Shown piece by piece: positions 31,393 to 41,542 of a stretch of 64,000 bases of DNA (its first letter is position 1; each line of letters opens with the position of its first letter). The notes under the pieces are model-generated. The model did not search any database and was not told the DNA's origin. It saw nothing but the letters and a program-made list of their open reading frames with translations. The DNA comes from an uncultured bacterium (GTDB taxonomy: Bacteria > Krumholzibacteriota > Krumholzibacteriia > JACNKJ01), in NCBI GenBank assembly GCA_963695095.1, contig CAVOFT010000001.1, forward strand, positions 3,360,001 through 3,424,000. Direction: 5' to 3'. The translations under genes and the position numbers were made by a program.

Positions 31393-32781
31393 TCAACCTC
31401 CCTGCGCGCTGCGGGCGCTGCCCGCGGCGTCATCCAGCACCTGCGCCAGTCGCCGGGCGAGGCCCGGCCGTCCGAAGCGCTCCAGTTCCTCGGGCCCGCG
31501 GCGCGGCAGCACCCCGCGCTCGGCGATGAGCGCGAGGATGGCGGCCGCGATGCCCGCCGCGTCATCGGGCGCCACGGCGCGGCCGCCGTCCACCGAGGCG
31601 ACGAGCGCCGCCGTCGCCCCCGGCGGCGCGATGGCCAGGATGGGCCGCGCCGCACGAATATACTCGAAAGCCTTGGCCGGCACCTGCATGTGAAAGCTCT
31701 CGCCATTCTGGAAGAGCAGCAGGGCATGGCTCGCGGCCAGCTCGCCGGGAATCTCGGCGTGGGGCAGGAAATCGATCACTTCCACCATGGCCGCCAGCGC
31801 CGGCGACTCCATGAGCGCGGCGAACTGGGGCAGCCGCGTGTACTCGCCGCTGCCGACGAGGCGCACGCGCAGGGCGGCGGGATCGAGGCGGCCGCTCTCG
31901 GCGAGGTCGCGCAGGACGGCCAGGAAGGGATCGGGCACGCGCAGATTGCGCGCGGGGAAGAACTCGCCGGTGTGCACGAAGCGGAAGGGCCCCGCCGCCG
32001 GCGGCGCGCCGGGCTCGGCGGCGAAGTCCTCGGGATCGAAGCCGTTGGTGATCACCACGAAGCGGGCCGCGGGCAGCTCCGGGTGCGCCGCCCGGAGGGC
32101 GGCGGCCAGGGGCTCGGTGTTGCAGATCACGGTGGTCGCGCGGCGCAGGACCCAGCGCTCCAGGCGGAGGTTCCAGCGGCCCTTGCGCGCAGCCAGCAGC
32201 TCCTCGGGAAACTGCAGGGTCCAGGGATCGCGGAAGTCCACCACCCAGGGCCGCCGCGCCAGCCCGGCGAGGAGGCCGCCGAGCAGGTGCGCCGTGGGCG
32301 GCGGGCTCGTGCTGTAGATGACCCGCGGGCGATGGCGCAGCAGGGTCCAGACGCCGATCGCCAGCCCCGGCCCCAGCCAGCCGCTGTAGCCGTCGGGCGT
32401 CGTGAGCAGGTCGACGAGGAGACCGAGCGGCCCGCCGCGCCCGGCCGCGGCCGCCTCTCCGTCGCCCTCGCCGGCCGCCCTGCCCGCGCCCTTGCTCCCG
32501 TCCGCCGCGCGGCGAGCCGGGCGCAGGCGAGCCGGCAGGCTCTTCAGCCAGAGCAGCAGGTCCAGCGGATTCCAGACCGGCGAGCGGTAGACGCCCGTGC
32601 CCGCCGGCACCTCGGCGAGCAGGCGCGGATCCAGGCGCGGATGCCGCGTGCGCTGGAGGGTGAGCACCTGCGGCTGCCAGCCGAGCGCGGGCAGGTACTT
32701 GCTGAACTTGAGGGTGCGGAGCATGCCGCTCCCCCCCACGGGCGGATAGCCGTGGCTGATCATCAGCACCGTGCGCTTCAT
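31393..32781 (-). CDS. Glycosyltransferase family 4
   Basis: YPPVGGSG..R..KF.KYL, YSTSPP, DFRDPW, ITNGFD, PAKAFEY. Confidence 0.88.
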   Translation of the reverse strand: MKRTVLMISHGYPPVGGSGMLRTLKFSKYLPALGWQPQVLTLQRTRHPRLDPRLLAEVPAGTGVYRSPVWNPLDLLLWLKSLPARLRPARRAADGSKGAGRAAGEGDGEAAAAGRGGPLGLLVDLLTTPDGYSGWLGPGLAIGVWTLLRHRPRVIYSTSPPPTAHLLGGLLAGLARRPWVVDFRDPWTLQFPEELLAARKGRWNLRLERWVLRRATTVICNTEPLAAALRAAHPELPAARFVVITNGFDPEDFAAEPGAPPAAGPFRFVHTGEFFPARNLRVPDPFLAVLRDLAESGRLDPAALRVRLVGSGEYTRLPQFAALMESPALAAMVEVIDFLPHAEIPGELAASHALLLFQNGESFHMQVPAKAFEYIRAARPILAIAPPGATAALVASVDGGRAVAPDDAAGIAAAILALIAERGVLPRRGPEELERFGRPGLARRLAQVLDDAAGSARSAQGG

Positions 32782-33740
32782 GCCCCAGTCCCCTCCCGGG
32801 TGCCGATAGTGGCGGCCAGCCAGGCGTCGATGGCCGCCAGGAGGCGCTGCTGCGCCGCGTCGGGCGCGAACTCGTGATTGCTCTCGGGAATGACGACCTT
32901 CGCGTAGGGCCGCTCGCGGCCGGCCAGGCAGACCTGCTCGAAGTCGCCCTCGAAGTCGTAGCGCGCCCGCTCCTGCTCGCTGTAGATCCAGAGCATGGCC
33001 AGCCGCGCGGCCACGGCGTCGTAGGCGCGCAGGAAGTTGCGGTTCATGCCCGCGGGCACTTCGCGCTTCGCCGCGGGCGCGGCGGGCGCGCGGCGGCCGA
33101 CCAGGCGCCCCAGACGGCGGGCGGCGGTCTTCCAGATGAGGCGGTACTCGCTCTTGCCCGCGAAGAAATTGCGCCAGGCGGCCGGGCTCACCAGCTTCTT
33201 GAGGTAGAGCGTCAGGATGAAGTCCGAGAACTCGCCGCTGATCTGATCGGCGAAGTCGGCCTCCTGATCCAGCACCTTGACCGGCAGCTGGAAGCCGATG
33301 AGGCCGCTCACGCGCGGGTCGCGCTCGGCGGCGTAGAGGCCCGTGATCGCGCCGCCGCAGAGACCGCAGGCGATGACCCGTTCGAGGCCGGCCCGCGCGC
33401 AGAAGGCGCTGAGGGCATCCAAGGCGTTCTCGGCGAAGTGGCCGTTTTGCACGGCCTCGTGGAGCACGGGCACCTCGTCGCTGAACAGCTCGCCCTCCGC
33501 GTCGCCGGTGCCGTGAAAGTCGAAGCGGAAGACGGCCAGGCCCCGCTCGGTGAAGAAGCGCGCCAGCTTGATGTGCAGCCGGTGCGGACCCACGCGGTGC
33601 TTGAGCCCGGGACTGAGCAGGAGCAGGCCGGGGGCGCCGGCCAGCGGCTGCGCCGGTCGGCTGAGGATGCCGGGCAGGCGATGGCCGCCGCTCGTGAACA
33701 GGACGATCTCCTCATTCAGCGCAGAGGTCGGACTTGCCAT
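32778..33740 (-). CDS. Alpha/beta hydrolase, exosortase-associated hydrolase 1 type
   Basis: RVGPHRL, RFDFHGTGDAEG, GLCGGA elbow, SNHEF. Confidence 0.8.
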   Translation of the reverse strand: MASPTSALNEEIVLFTSGGHRLPGILSRPAQPLAGAPGLLLLSPGLKHRVGPHRLHIKLARFFTERGLAVFRFDFHGTGDAEGELFSDEVPVLHEAVQNGHFAENALDALSAFCARAGLERVIACGLCGGAITGLYAAERDPRVSGLIGFQLPVKVLDQEADFADQISGEFSDFILTLYLKKLVSPAAWRNFFAGKSEYRLIWKTAARRLGRLVGRRAPAAPAAKREVPAGMNRNFLRAYDAVAARLAMLWIYSEQERARYDFEGDFEQVCLAGRERPYAKVVIPESNHEFAPDAAQQRLLAAIDAWLAATIGTREGTGA

Positions 33741-33751
33741 GAGTGGCCCGC

Positions 33752-34585
33752 TCACGAGGCGCTCTCCCCGCGCCAGCCGCCGGCGAACCACTCCAGCAGG
33801 GGCGCGAAGAGCGCCGGCCCGCCGGTGGCGAAGCGCTTCTGCTCGCCCCAGAGCTGCGGGTGGACGAGGGTCGCCAGCCGCGAGGCCGGGTGCCCCGCGA
33901 GGCCCGCGAAGACCGCGCGCGCGTCGGCGTCGGCGGGAGCGTCCTCGCGGCGGGTCAGGGCGAGCACGAGGCCGGGCCCGGCGTAGCTCGCCGTCTCGGC
34001 CGAGAGCTCCGTCAGCTCGTCGAAGCAGCGGGCCGAGAGGTGGTAGCCGTCGAGGTTGAGCAGTCCCGTCTTGCGCATGTCGGCGAGCAGGGTGTCGCGA
34101 TCCCAGCGCACTTCGCCGTAGATGCCCAGCTGGGTGGTCAAGCTGCTGCGCAGGGCCTTGAGCAGGAAGTCGCCGCCCTTGGCCAATGGACCGACGAGGG
34201 CCAGCGATGCCGCGCCGAGGGCGCCGGCCTGGGCGAGGGCCAGCGTGGCGCCCAGACGCCAGCCGAAGAGGTGCAGCTCGCCGACGCCTTCAGCGGCGCG
34301 AAATGCGGTCGCGGCGGCGGCGAGATCCTCGATCATGCTGGTCAGGGTCAGCTCATGGTGCTCACGGTCGCTATCGCCGTGGCCGCGATGGTCGAAGCGC
34401 AGCACGGGCAGGCCGGCTGCGGCAAGCTCCCGCGCGAGCAGCGTGCTCGCCCGCCCGGTCCAGAGCTTTTCCTCGGCGAAGGGATGCAGCATGAGCACGC
34501 CGCCGCTGCCGCTGCGCGCTTCAGGCCGGTGGGTGACCGTGAAGATCTTCTCCCCGGCTACGGGGAGGTAGGCGAAGGTCTCCAA
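33752..34585 (-). CDS. Alpha/beta hydrolase, exosortase-associated hydrolase 2 type
   Basis: HPFAEE, RFDHRGHGDS, FGWRLGATLA, GYHLS; TTG start. Confidence 0.8.
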   Translation of the reverse strand: METFAYLPVAGEKIFTVTHRPEARSGSGGVLMLHPFAEEKLWTGRASTLLARELAAAGLPVLRFDHRGHGDSDREHHELTLTSMIEDLAAAATAFRAAEGVGELHLFGWRLGATLALAQAGALGAASLALVGPLAKGGDFLLKALRSSLTTQLGIYGEVRWDRDTLLADMRKTGLLNLDGYHLSARCFDELTELSAETASYAGPGLVLALTRREDAPADADARAVFAGLAGHPASRLATLVHPQLWGEQKRFATGGPALFAPLLEWFAGGWRGESAS

Positions 34586-34629
34586 GCTCTCTCTCTCACC
34601 TGCGGCGGCGGGCGATCGCCCGCCAGGAC

Positions 34630-35904
34630 CTAGAGCCGCTCGTTGTACCGCTCGACGAGGTGCTGCAACTGGCTCCAGTGGATGTGGCCAGCGCGCAGCT
34701 TCAGGTTGAGCGCGTCGATCTGCCTGCGGTCCGCCGGGGGGAGATCGTAGCTGATGTACTCGTAACTGTTGAAGTGCAGGTCCACCTGGCTCCAGCCGGC
34801 GGTATTCGCCACGAAGGTCGGATTCTCGCGCGTGCCCAGGCTATAGGGCGCGGCGGCCGCCATCGAGATGAACTCGTTGGGCCACTGATCCTCGCCGCGC
34901 GCGGCGCGCTCGTAGTTCTGGATTCCACCCAGCACGCTGTCGATGGTGACCATGTTGGTGCCGAACATCATGTAGTTCGGGCTGCTGTGGCCGCTGATGC
35001 CGAGGGGGAAGAGATTGGTGGCCTCGGTCTCCTCGAAGGGGTGGCCCTCGTGGTCCCAGGTCATGAAGGCGCCCTCGATCGCGATCAGGCGCAGCTTGCC
35101 CTGCACGAAGGGCGAGGCCGCGAGCTGGCAGATGTTCTCATAGCGATCGATGTGCAGCTCGGCCGGCAGCTCCTGGCTGCCGAAGTGGTTCTTCATGCTG
35201 CCCGTCACGTAGGACTTGTGTCCCTTCTGCAGGCCGACGGCGATGACGTGATCCGCCTGGCTGAGCACGGTGGGGAAGCGGTGCGTGGTGTCGATGGCCG
35301 GGAAGTAGACGGTGGCGTTGCCGTCCCAGCTCACGTTGACGTTGTTGACGTAGGCCACGTCCGAATCCCAGCGCGCGCGCCAGTAGTCGGGCAGCTTGCG
35401 CACGACGTCGAAGACCTTGATGTTGGCCGCGGGCACGCCGAACTGCTTGAGGCTCTCGATCACGGCATAGGCCATTTCGCAGGTCTGATTGGCGTTGTAG
35501 TCGTAGCTGTTGAGGTTCAGCTTGATCGCGATCTTGTGGCCCGGCTGGTAGCCGACGAGCAGGTTCTGCCAGGCGTTGACGACGTTCTGCTGTCCCGTGA
35601 GGGAGGAGATGCCACGGGCGAACATGTCGTCGTAGACGGATTGCTTGACGTAGTTGTAGAAGAGCGGATCGCTGAAATTCCAATCCTGCATGGTGCCGCA
35701 GTGAATGCGCACGACGCGATTCGCCGGCGGGGCGCCCCAGGCCTCGGGCACGATGCCCAGACCGGGCAGCGACAGCGCGCCGAAGGCGCCGCCAGCGGCC
35801 AGCGCGCTCAGCTTGAGGAAGTCGCGCCGGTTGTACTGGGAAATCTGCTCAGGCGTCGGACGGTAGCCCCGGATCTCGGCTTCGTGAGTCGGTTGCTTGG
35901 ACAT
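34630..35904 (-). CDS. Tat-exported DUF362-like protein
   Basis: NRRDFLK twin-arginine signal; IAIKLN, GVP..NI, KGH..VTGSMKNHFGS. Confidence 0.7.
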   Translation of the reverse strand: MSKQPTHEAEIRGYRPTPEQISQYNRRDFLKLSALAAGGAFGALSLPGLGIVPEAWGAPPANRVVRIHCGTMQDWNFSDPLFYNYVKQSVYDDMFARGISSLTGQQNVVNAWQNLLVGYQPGHKIAIKLNLNSYDYNANQTCEMAYAVIESLKQFGVPAANIKVFDVVRKLPDYWRARWDSDVAYVNNVNVSWDGNATVYFPAIDTTHRFPTVLSQADHVIAVGLQKGHKSYVTGSMKNHFGSQELPAELHIDRYENICQLAASPFVQGKLRLIAIEGAFMTWDHEGHPFEETEATNLFPLGISGHSSPNYMMFGTNMVTIDSVLGGIQNYERAARGEDQWPNEFISMAAAAPYSLGTRENPTFVANTAGWSQVDLHFNSYEYISYDLPPADRRQIDALNLKLRAGHIHWSQLQHLVERYNERL

Positions 35905-35978
35905 GGTGCTGCGCCTCGTGCTTGTCTGCGGTTGACGATTGCTCCCCCGACCGCCCCGCGGGCAATCAGGGTTTGGCC

Positions 35979-37370
35979 TCACCCCTCCGGTCCACTCGTG
36001 CCCTCGACTGGCGCAATGCGGACCGAACCGCCTGGAAATGCGCCTCCTGCGAGCGGATAACTATAGCAAAAAGCGGGCGGAAAACCACCCGGATTCGCGA
36101 TTGCTGCCGGCGAGGCGCCGGTCGCAGGCAGGGCTTCGGCGATGCCGGCCAGCGCCTGTTCGGCCCTGAGCGCGTACAGCAGGGCCGCCCGCGGATAGAG
36201 GCGGTCGATCGCGGTGGTCGAGGCCACCACCATGTAGAGGAACCATTCGTGGGCCTTCACGGAGAAGATGGTGTTGAAACAGAAGCCGATGAGACTGATG
36301 CCCAGGGCCTCGGCCCAGAGGAACTCGGGCCCATCCGGTTTGATGCGCTGGAAGCGGCGCCAGCTGCGCCAGAGCATCTGGAAAGCCGTGATGATGATCC
36401 CCAAGTAGCAAATGCCGCCGATGAGGCCGCTCTCGGCGAAGACCTTGATCACCGTATTGTGCGCCTGGATCTTGCGGCCGGCCCCGAAATCGTCCGAGAG
36501 GTCGGCGAAGTTGCCCGAACCGACCCCGATCAGGGGGCTGCTCTTGAGCATCTGGAAGCCGGCGTACCAGGCGTCGAAGCGGTGCTGCACGCTCTCGTCC
36601 TGGCCGCTGAAGTCCTTGGCGTCGCTGCGCGTGAGCAGCAGCTTGCTGCCCACGATGAAGACCACGATCACCGCGGGCACGAGCAGCACCCCCCGCCCCA
36701 GCTTGCCCAGCGAGCGGCCGCGCAGGAGGGAGAGGCCCATCACCAGCGAGAGGCCGATCAGGCCGGCGCGGCTGAGCGTGCGCAGATCCGCGTAGAGCAG
36801 CACACCCATGGCGAGCAGGGCGATCACCCTGACGAACGCGTTTCGCTGCAGATCGAGATACTTGAAGATGAGCGGCCAGGCGCAGACGATGATCAGGGCC
36901 AGGTCGTTGGCGCCGCTATAGGCGCCGTAGCTGCTGAGCCGGCCGCCGACGAGCTGGGGATGCGAGAGCGGCTGGGTGTGGTAGACCCAGATGGCGTGCC
37001 CGGCCAGCCAGGTGGCGGCAAGCAGGACCAGGGCCCAGTAGTTGCGCAGGCGCTGGGGCGTGTCCACCTGGCTCGAGATCAGGAAGTAGCCGAGCAGCAG
37101 GACGCCCCACATCAGGGCGGTCTCGATCACCATGGGAATGTAGAGGAACTGCAGCACCGATAGGATTTGGGCGATCACGAAGCCGGTGATAAAGTAGCCG
37201 AGACGGGTGCGCGGCCGCAGCGGATCCGGGGCCTTGGGCGCCACGCCCCAGGCCAGCAGCGCCAGCAGGCCGACCAGGAAGAGCGGACGCGTCGAGGCCA
37301 TCGCCGGCCACAGCACGCCCGGCTGGAAGATGGCGAAGAAGCCGAAGAGGGCTGTCAAGAAATAGGCCAC
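35979..37370 (-). CDS. O-antigen ligase / Wzy-like polymerase
   Basis: Multi-TM; GRL, ANDLA, TLSRAG, SVQHRF..W, PLIGVGSGNF, AHNT..KVFAESGLIG. Confidence 0.85.
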   Translation of the reverse strand: MAYFLTALFGFFAIFQPGVLWPAMASTRPLFLVGLLALLAWGVAPKAPDPLRPRTRLGYFITGFVIAQILSVLQFLYIPMVIETALMWGVLLLGYFLISSQVDTPQRLRNYWALVLLAATWLAGHAIWVYHTQPLSHPQLVGGRLSSYGAYSGANDLALIIVCAWPLIFKYLDLQRNAFVRVIALLAMGVLLYADLRTLSRAGLIGLSLVMGLSLLRGRSLGKLGRGVLLVPAVIVVFIVGSKLLLTRSDAKDFSGQDESVQHRFDAWYAGFQMLKSSPLIGVGSGNFADLSDDFGAGRKIQAHNTVIKVFAESGLIGGICYLGIIITAFQMLWRSWRRFQRIKPDGPEFLWAEALGISLIGFCFNTIFSVKAHEWFLYMVVASTTAIDRLYPRAALLYALRAEQALAGIAEALPATGASPAAIANPGGFPPAFCYSYPLAGGAFPGGSVRIAPVEGTSGPEG

Positions 37371-37470
37371 GGTTCTGTCCTGGATCGGGCGCTGGCGGCG
37401 GCCGCCGAGGGGCCGGCGCCCCTCGTCTGTCCTAACTCAAGATCGGCCGGCAGGCCAGGAAATTGAAGCG

Positions 37471-38337
37471 ATGAAACTGGGAAAGCTGAAGCGGCTGGCC
37501 AGCCCGCAGGGCGGCCCCGTGCAGGCGGTGCTCACCTTGCTCGTCCTGGCGGCCTTCCTGGCGCTCTATCGGGATGTGCTCGTGGAGCTCGTCCAGCAGT
37601 GGATGAGCGACAAGAACTACACGCACGGCCTGCTGGTTCCACCCCTGGCCGCCTTCCTGCTCTATCGCAGCCTGGACCGGCTGCCGCGGGTGAGCGAGCC
37701 CAGCCTGCGCGCGGGCCTGCCTTACCTGTTGCCGGGCTTCGCGCTGTTCGTGGGCGGCACCGCCGCCGCGGAGCTGTTCACCCTGCGCCTGTCCCTGCTC
37801 TTCATCTTCTGGGGAATCGTGCGCGGCCTCTACGGCCCGCGCAGCTTTCGCGTCCTGCGCTTCCCGCTCTTCTTTCTGCTGTTCATGATCCCCCTGCCCT
37901 ACGCCTTCTTCTATCGGGTCGCCTTCCCGCTGCAGTTGCTCAGCGCCGAGGCCAGCGCGAAGGCGCTGGACTTCCTCGGCGTGGTTCATGTCCAGACGGG
38001 CAACATCATCCATCTGCGCGAGACCAGCCTGGACGTGGTCACGGCCTGCAGCGGCCTGCGCAGCCTGCTCGCCCTGATCACCTTCGCCGTGCTCGCCGCG
38101 GGCCTCTTCCCCATGCGCCGCAGCCTGCGCGGTCTGCTGGTGGCCCTGGCCGTGCCCATCGCCATGGCCACCACCGCCCTGCGCATCGTGCTGACGGCCG
38201 TCTTCATCCACCTGTCCGGACCCGGCTTCCTGGAAGGCGCACTGCACCCGGCGATGGGCCTGGCCACCTTCGGCCTGGGCGTGGCTCTGCTCTTCATCCT
38301 GGGAGGAGGCTTCCGGTGGCAGCCCCCATCCGCGTGA
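37471..38337 (+). CDS. Exosortase (EpsH family)
   Basis: W...NYTHG, FPL..L.FMIP.P, GNII.L....LDVVTACSGLRSL (Cys), ALRI (Arg), LH (His). Confidence 0.92.
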   Translation: MKLGKLKRLASPQGGPVQAVLTLLVLAAFLALYRDVLVELVQQWMSDKNYTHGLLVPPLAAFLLYRSLDRLPRVSEPSLRAGLPYLLPGFALFVGGTAAAELFTLRLSLLFIFWGIVRGLYGPRSFRVLRFPLFFLLFMIPLPYAFFYRVAFPLQLLSAEASAKALDFLGVVHVQTGNIIHLRETSLDVVTACSGLRSLLALITFAVLAAGLFPMRRSLRGLLVALAVPIAMATTALRIVLTAVFIHLSGPGFLEGALHPAMGLATFGLGVALLFILGGGFRWQPPSA

Positions 38338-38946
38338 GGATCGTGCTGCTCGCCCTGCTGCTGGCCGGCTCTCGGCCTGGGGCCGGCGCTCGCCACGCGC
38401 AACGGCGGCCACGTCTACCAGGCGCGGCTGACCGCGATTCCCCTCAGCATCGGCGACATCACCGGCAGCGAAGATCCCCTCGACGACGAGATCGCCGGCA
38501 TCCTGCAGGCTTCACAGACCCTCAACCGCAGCTATCGCCAGGGGGAACACTCCTACTGGCTCTTCATCGGCTACTTCGCGCAGCAGCGCTTCGGCAGCCA
38601 GATCCATTCGCCGCGGCACTGCTACCCCGGCAGCGGCTGGAACATCCTCAGCGCCGCCAAGAGCAAGCGCCTGGGCGGGCCCAGCGGGGAGCTGCTCATC
38701 CAGCGGGAGAAGCAGCACCGCGTGGTGCTCTACCAGTATCTGACCCGCGGCGGCGCCACCACCAGCGAGCTGCGCCTGAAGGCGGAGCTGGCCCTGGGCG
38801 GCCTGCTCGGCCGACCCATCGACGCCGCCTTCATCCGCTACTCGACGCCCCTGGACCCGGGCGAGAGCGAGGCGGCGGCGCTGGAGCGCCTGGGCCATTT
38901 CGCGCGCACGCTGCAGCCGGCAGTGCGCCCCGCGCTCCCTTTCTGA
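38334..38946 (+). CDS. epsI: EpsI family protein; frameshift near 38370
   Basis: GTG overlaps the exosortase stop; restored frame IPLSIGD..G...LNRSY...LFIGYF..Q....IHSPRHCYPGSGW; ends at TGA 38946. Confidence 0.85.
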
Positions 38947-39034
38947 GGAACGCGTTGCCGGCGCGCAGCCGCTTGCGCTATGTTGAATCAGTGAGCGCTT
39001 TCCCCGCGCCTGCCCCCGGGAAGGGATAGGGCCG

Positions 39035-41443
39035 ATGCAACGGCTCCTGGCCACCTTCGTCGCGATCGCCCTGCTCGGCGCCGGCTGCACCCTGATCGAG
39101 AGGGACCGCACGCCGAGCCCCAACCAGCGGCCGGAGGCCGTGCTCAGCGGCGGCCCCGCGGACGGCGATCCGGACGTCTTCTACCGCGTGCACTTCAACT
39201 GGTTCGGTCACGATCCCGACGGCCGCGTGGTCCGCTTCGAGTGGCTGCTGACCAACGACGAGGTGACGGGCCCGCTCATCATCGACGCGGACATCTACGC
39301 TCGCCTGTCCGCCCTCGGCTACACGTGGACCTCGACCACCGCCTTCCAGGCCCAGCTCGTCGTGAGCGCCGACCAGTTCCCCGATCTCGGCGCGCCCGCG
39401 GATTCCATCTACTGGGAGCCCGACCCGCTGCGCTTCCACGCCCAGCACAGCTTCTTCCTGCGCGCCTTCGACGACGACGGCGCCGTCTCGGCGCTGCCCG
39501 CCCACCGCAGCTTCACCGCCACCACGCTGGCGCCCGAGGTCCAGATCACCCACCCCGCGGACCTCGGCCTGCCCGGCGGCGACGAGACCGTCGCCACGGT
39601 GCTGCGCTTCCGCTGGACGGGCTGGGATTCCCTGCAGGACGGCAGCGTGATCGAGCCCGACTCCAGCCGCTTCGCCCTGTTCCGGCGGGCGGACCTGCCG
39701 CTGGACGAGGAGAGCGGCCTCCTGCTCACCCTGCCCGACAGCGCCTGGAGCCCCTGGCGCGGCTGGCGCGATCAGGACGCCGACGGCGAGGCCGGCGGCC
39801 GGCAGGTGCTGCTGCGCGATCTGGAATCGATCGCGGGCGGCGGCAGCGCCGGGTTCTACCAGTTCTTCGTCCAGGCCAAGGACGAGGCCGGCGCGGTGAC
39901 CAGCCACTTCCAGGACGGCGTCAACCTGCGCCGCCTGCGCGTGGTGACCAGCCTCGCGCCCCAGCTGCGCCTGCTCGGCACGGTCTGCGGGCTGCGCGTC
40001 TTCCAGCATTCGGCGACCCTCGACCTCGAGGCGCCGGCCGCGGTCCCCGTCTCCTTCAGCTGGAGCGGCAGCGCCGAAGACTACGGCAGCGAGATCGCGG
40101 CCTACCGCTTCGGCTGGGACATTCTCGATCCGGAGAACGACGAGGAATGGAGCGACTGGTCGCTGACTGCCACGAGCACGCAGGCCGACTACCCGGGGGG
40201 CGAACACCGCCTGCGCGTGGCCTGCCGCGACCTGTCGGGCAACATCACCGCGGTCGAGCTCGTGCTGCAGTTCACCCCGATCACGCTGGAGCGCGATCTG
40301 CTCGTCATCGACGACTACGACAACCTCGCCGGCGAGGACCCCTACCAGGGCTGGCCTCTGGGCGACCCCGCCACCTGGGGCAACTACTCCCTCACGAATG
40401 CCGAGATGGAGACCTGGTGGAACGCGCTCCTCGCCGACTACGGCGGCTATGAACCCGGCATCGACCATCTCCGCTTGACCGTCGCCCAGCCGGCGCCCGA
40501 TCTCGCCCAGCTCGGCAGCTACGCGCCGCGCGATCTGGGAAGTGAAGGAGTCCCTCGCCGGCCAATCGGGGCTCAAGCGCCTGGCGGGCTTCGTCGATCC
40601 CGACGCCGGTCGGCGCTCAGCATCAGGACCTGCTGTCGATCTGGCTCGAGGCGGGCGGCCGACTGCTGCTCTGCGGCTCGCGTCCGCTCCACAACCTGCT
40701 GCCCGTCGCCGGCGAGATGGGCGATCCCGCCTACGAACGCCGCCAGCCGCTCGCCTTCCTGCGCGACCTGCGCCTGAGCGAGGCGAGCGCCGCCGAATCC
40801 CAGGCTGCGGGCCAGCGCTTCCTGCCCTGGCGCTGGTTCGGCATCGATGCCAGCGTGCTGCCGGCGAACGCCGACCCGCGCGCCCTTGCCCGATGCGGGC
40901 GACGACTGGCCGACGGATCGCAGCTACTGGGGCCTCGTCGGCGCGGGCGTCGAGCGCGCCAGCCTCGCCGAGTTCGGCAATGCGCTGGGCTGGGCGCCCC
41001 CGGACACCCTGCGCTTCCGGCCCGAGGTCTATCAGTGGTTCGCCGCCGCCTGGCCCATCTTCGCGCCCGCGGCCGGCCGCTTCGGCCTGGCCGATGCGGA
41101 GATCTACAACTGGGACTGGCTGGCCGCCGCCTACTCGCCACCGCTGGCCTATCGCGAGAGCGAGTACCGGCCGCTTCTCTACTATGTGCCGGCGGACTCG
41201 ACGACGCGCTGGGGCCGGGCGCCCGCGGCCGAGCACGCGGCGACGACGCCCGGGGGCGCGCCCTACTGCGAGGCCTGCTACAGCAGGGGCGGCCCGGGCC
41301 GCCACGCCCTCGCCGTGGTGGGCCTGGGCGAGGCGGCTTCGCCCAGCGTGCTGCTGGGCCTGACGCCCTACTACCTGGCGGACGAGGATGCCCGCGGGCT
41401 GATCGGGCACATCCTCACGGATATCATGGCGCTGCCGCGCTGA
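39035..41443 (+). CDS. Large lipoprotein 1 (~800 aa) with FN3/Ig-like repeats; frameshifts near 40525, 40620, 40890
   Basis: Lipobox LLGAG-C; NQRPE..GGP..YRVHFNWFGHDPDG, HSFFLRAFDDDG, FFVQAKDEAG; ORFs 39035, 40542, 40717 and 40847 chain to ...GHILTDIMALPR. Confidence 0.75.
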
Positions 41444-41445
41444 GC
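41406..41445 (+). repeat. 40-bp direct repeat, copy 1
   Basis: ggcacatcctcacggatatcatggcgctgccgcgctgagc. Confidence 0.95.
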
Positions 41446-41542
41446 AGAATGGACCTTGAAGGCGCGCGGCTGCAGTATTGGATGTTGATGCGCGCCACGT
41501 CGCTGGTGGCGGGGCTCGGTCATCCGGGAAGGGAGGGCTCCC

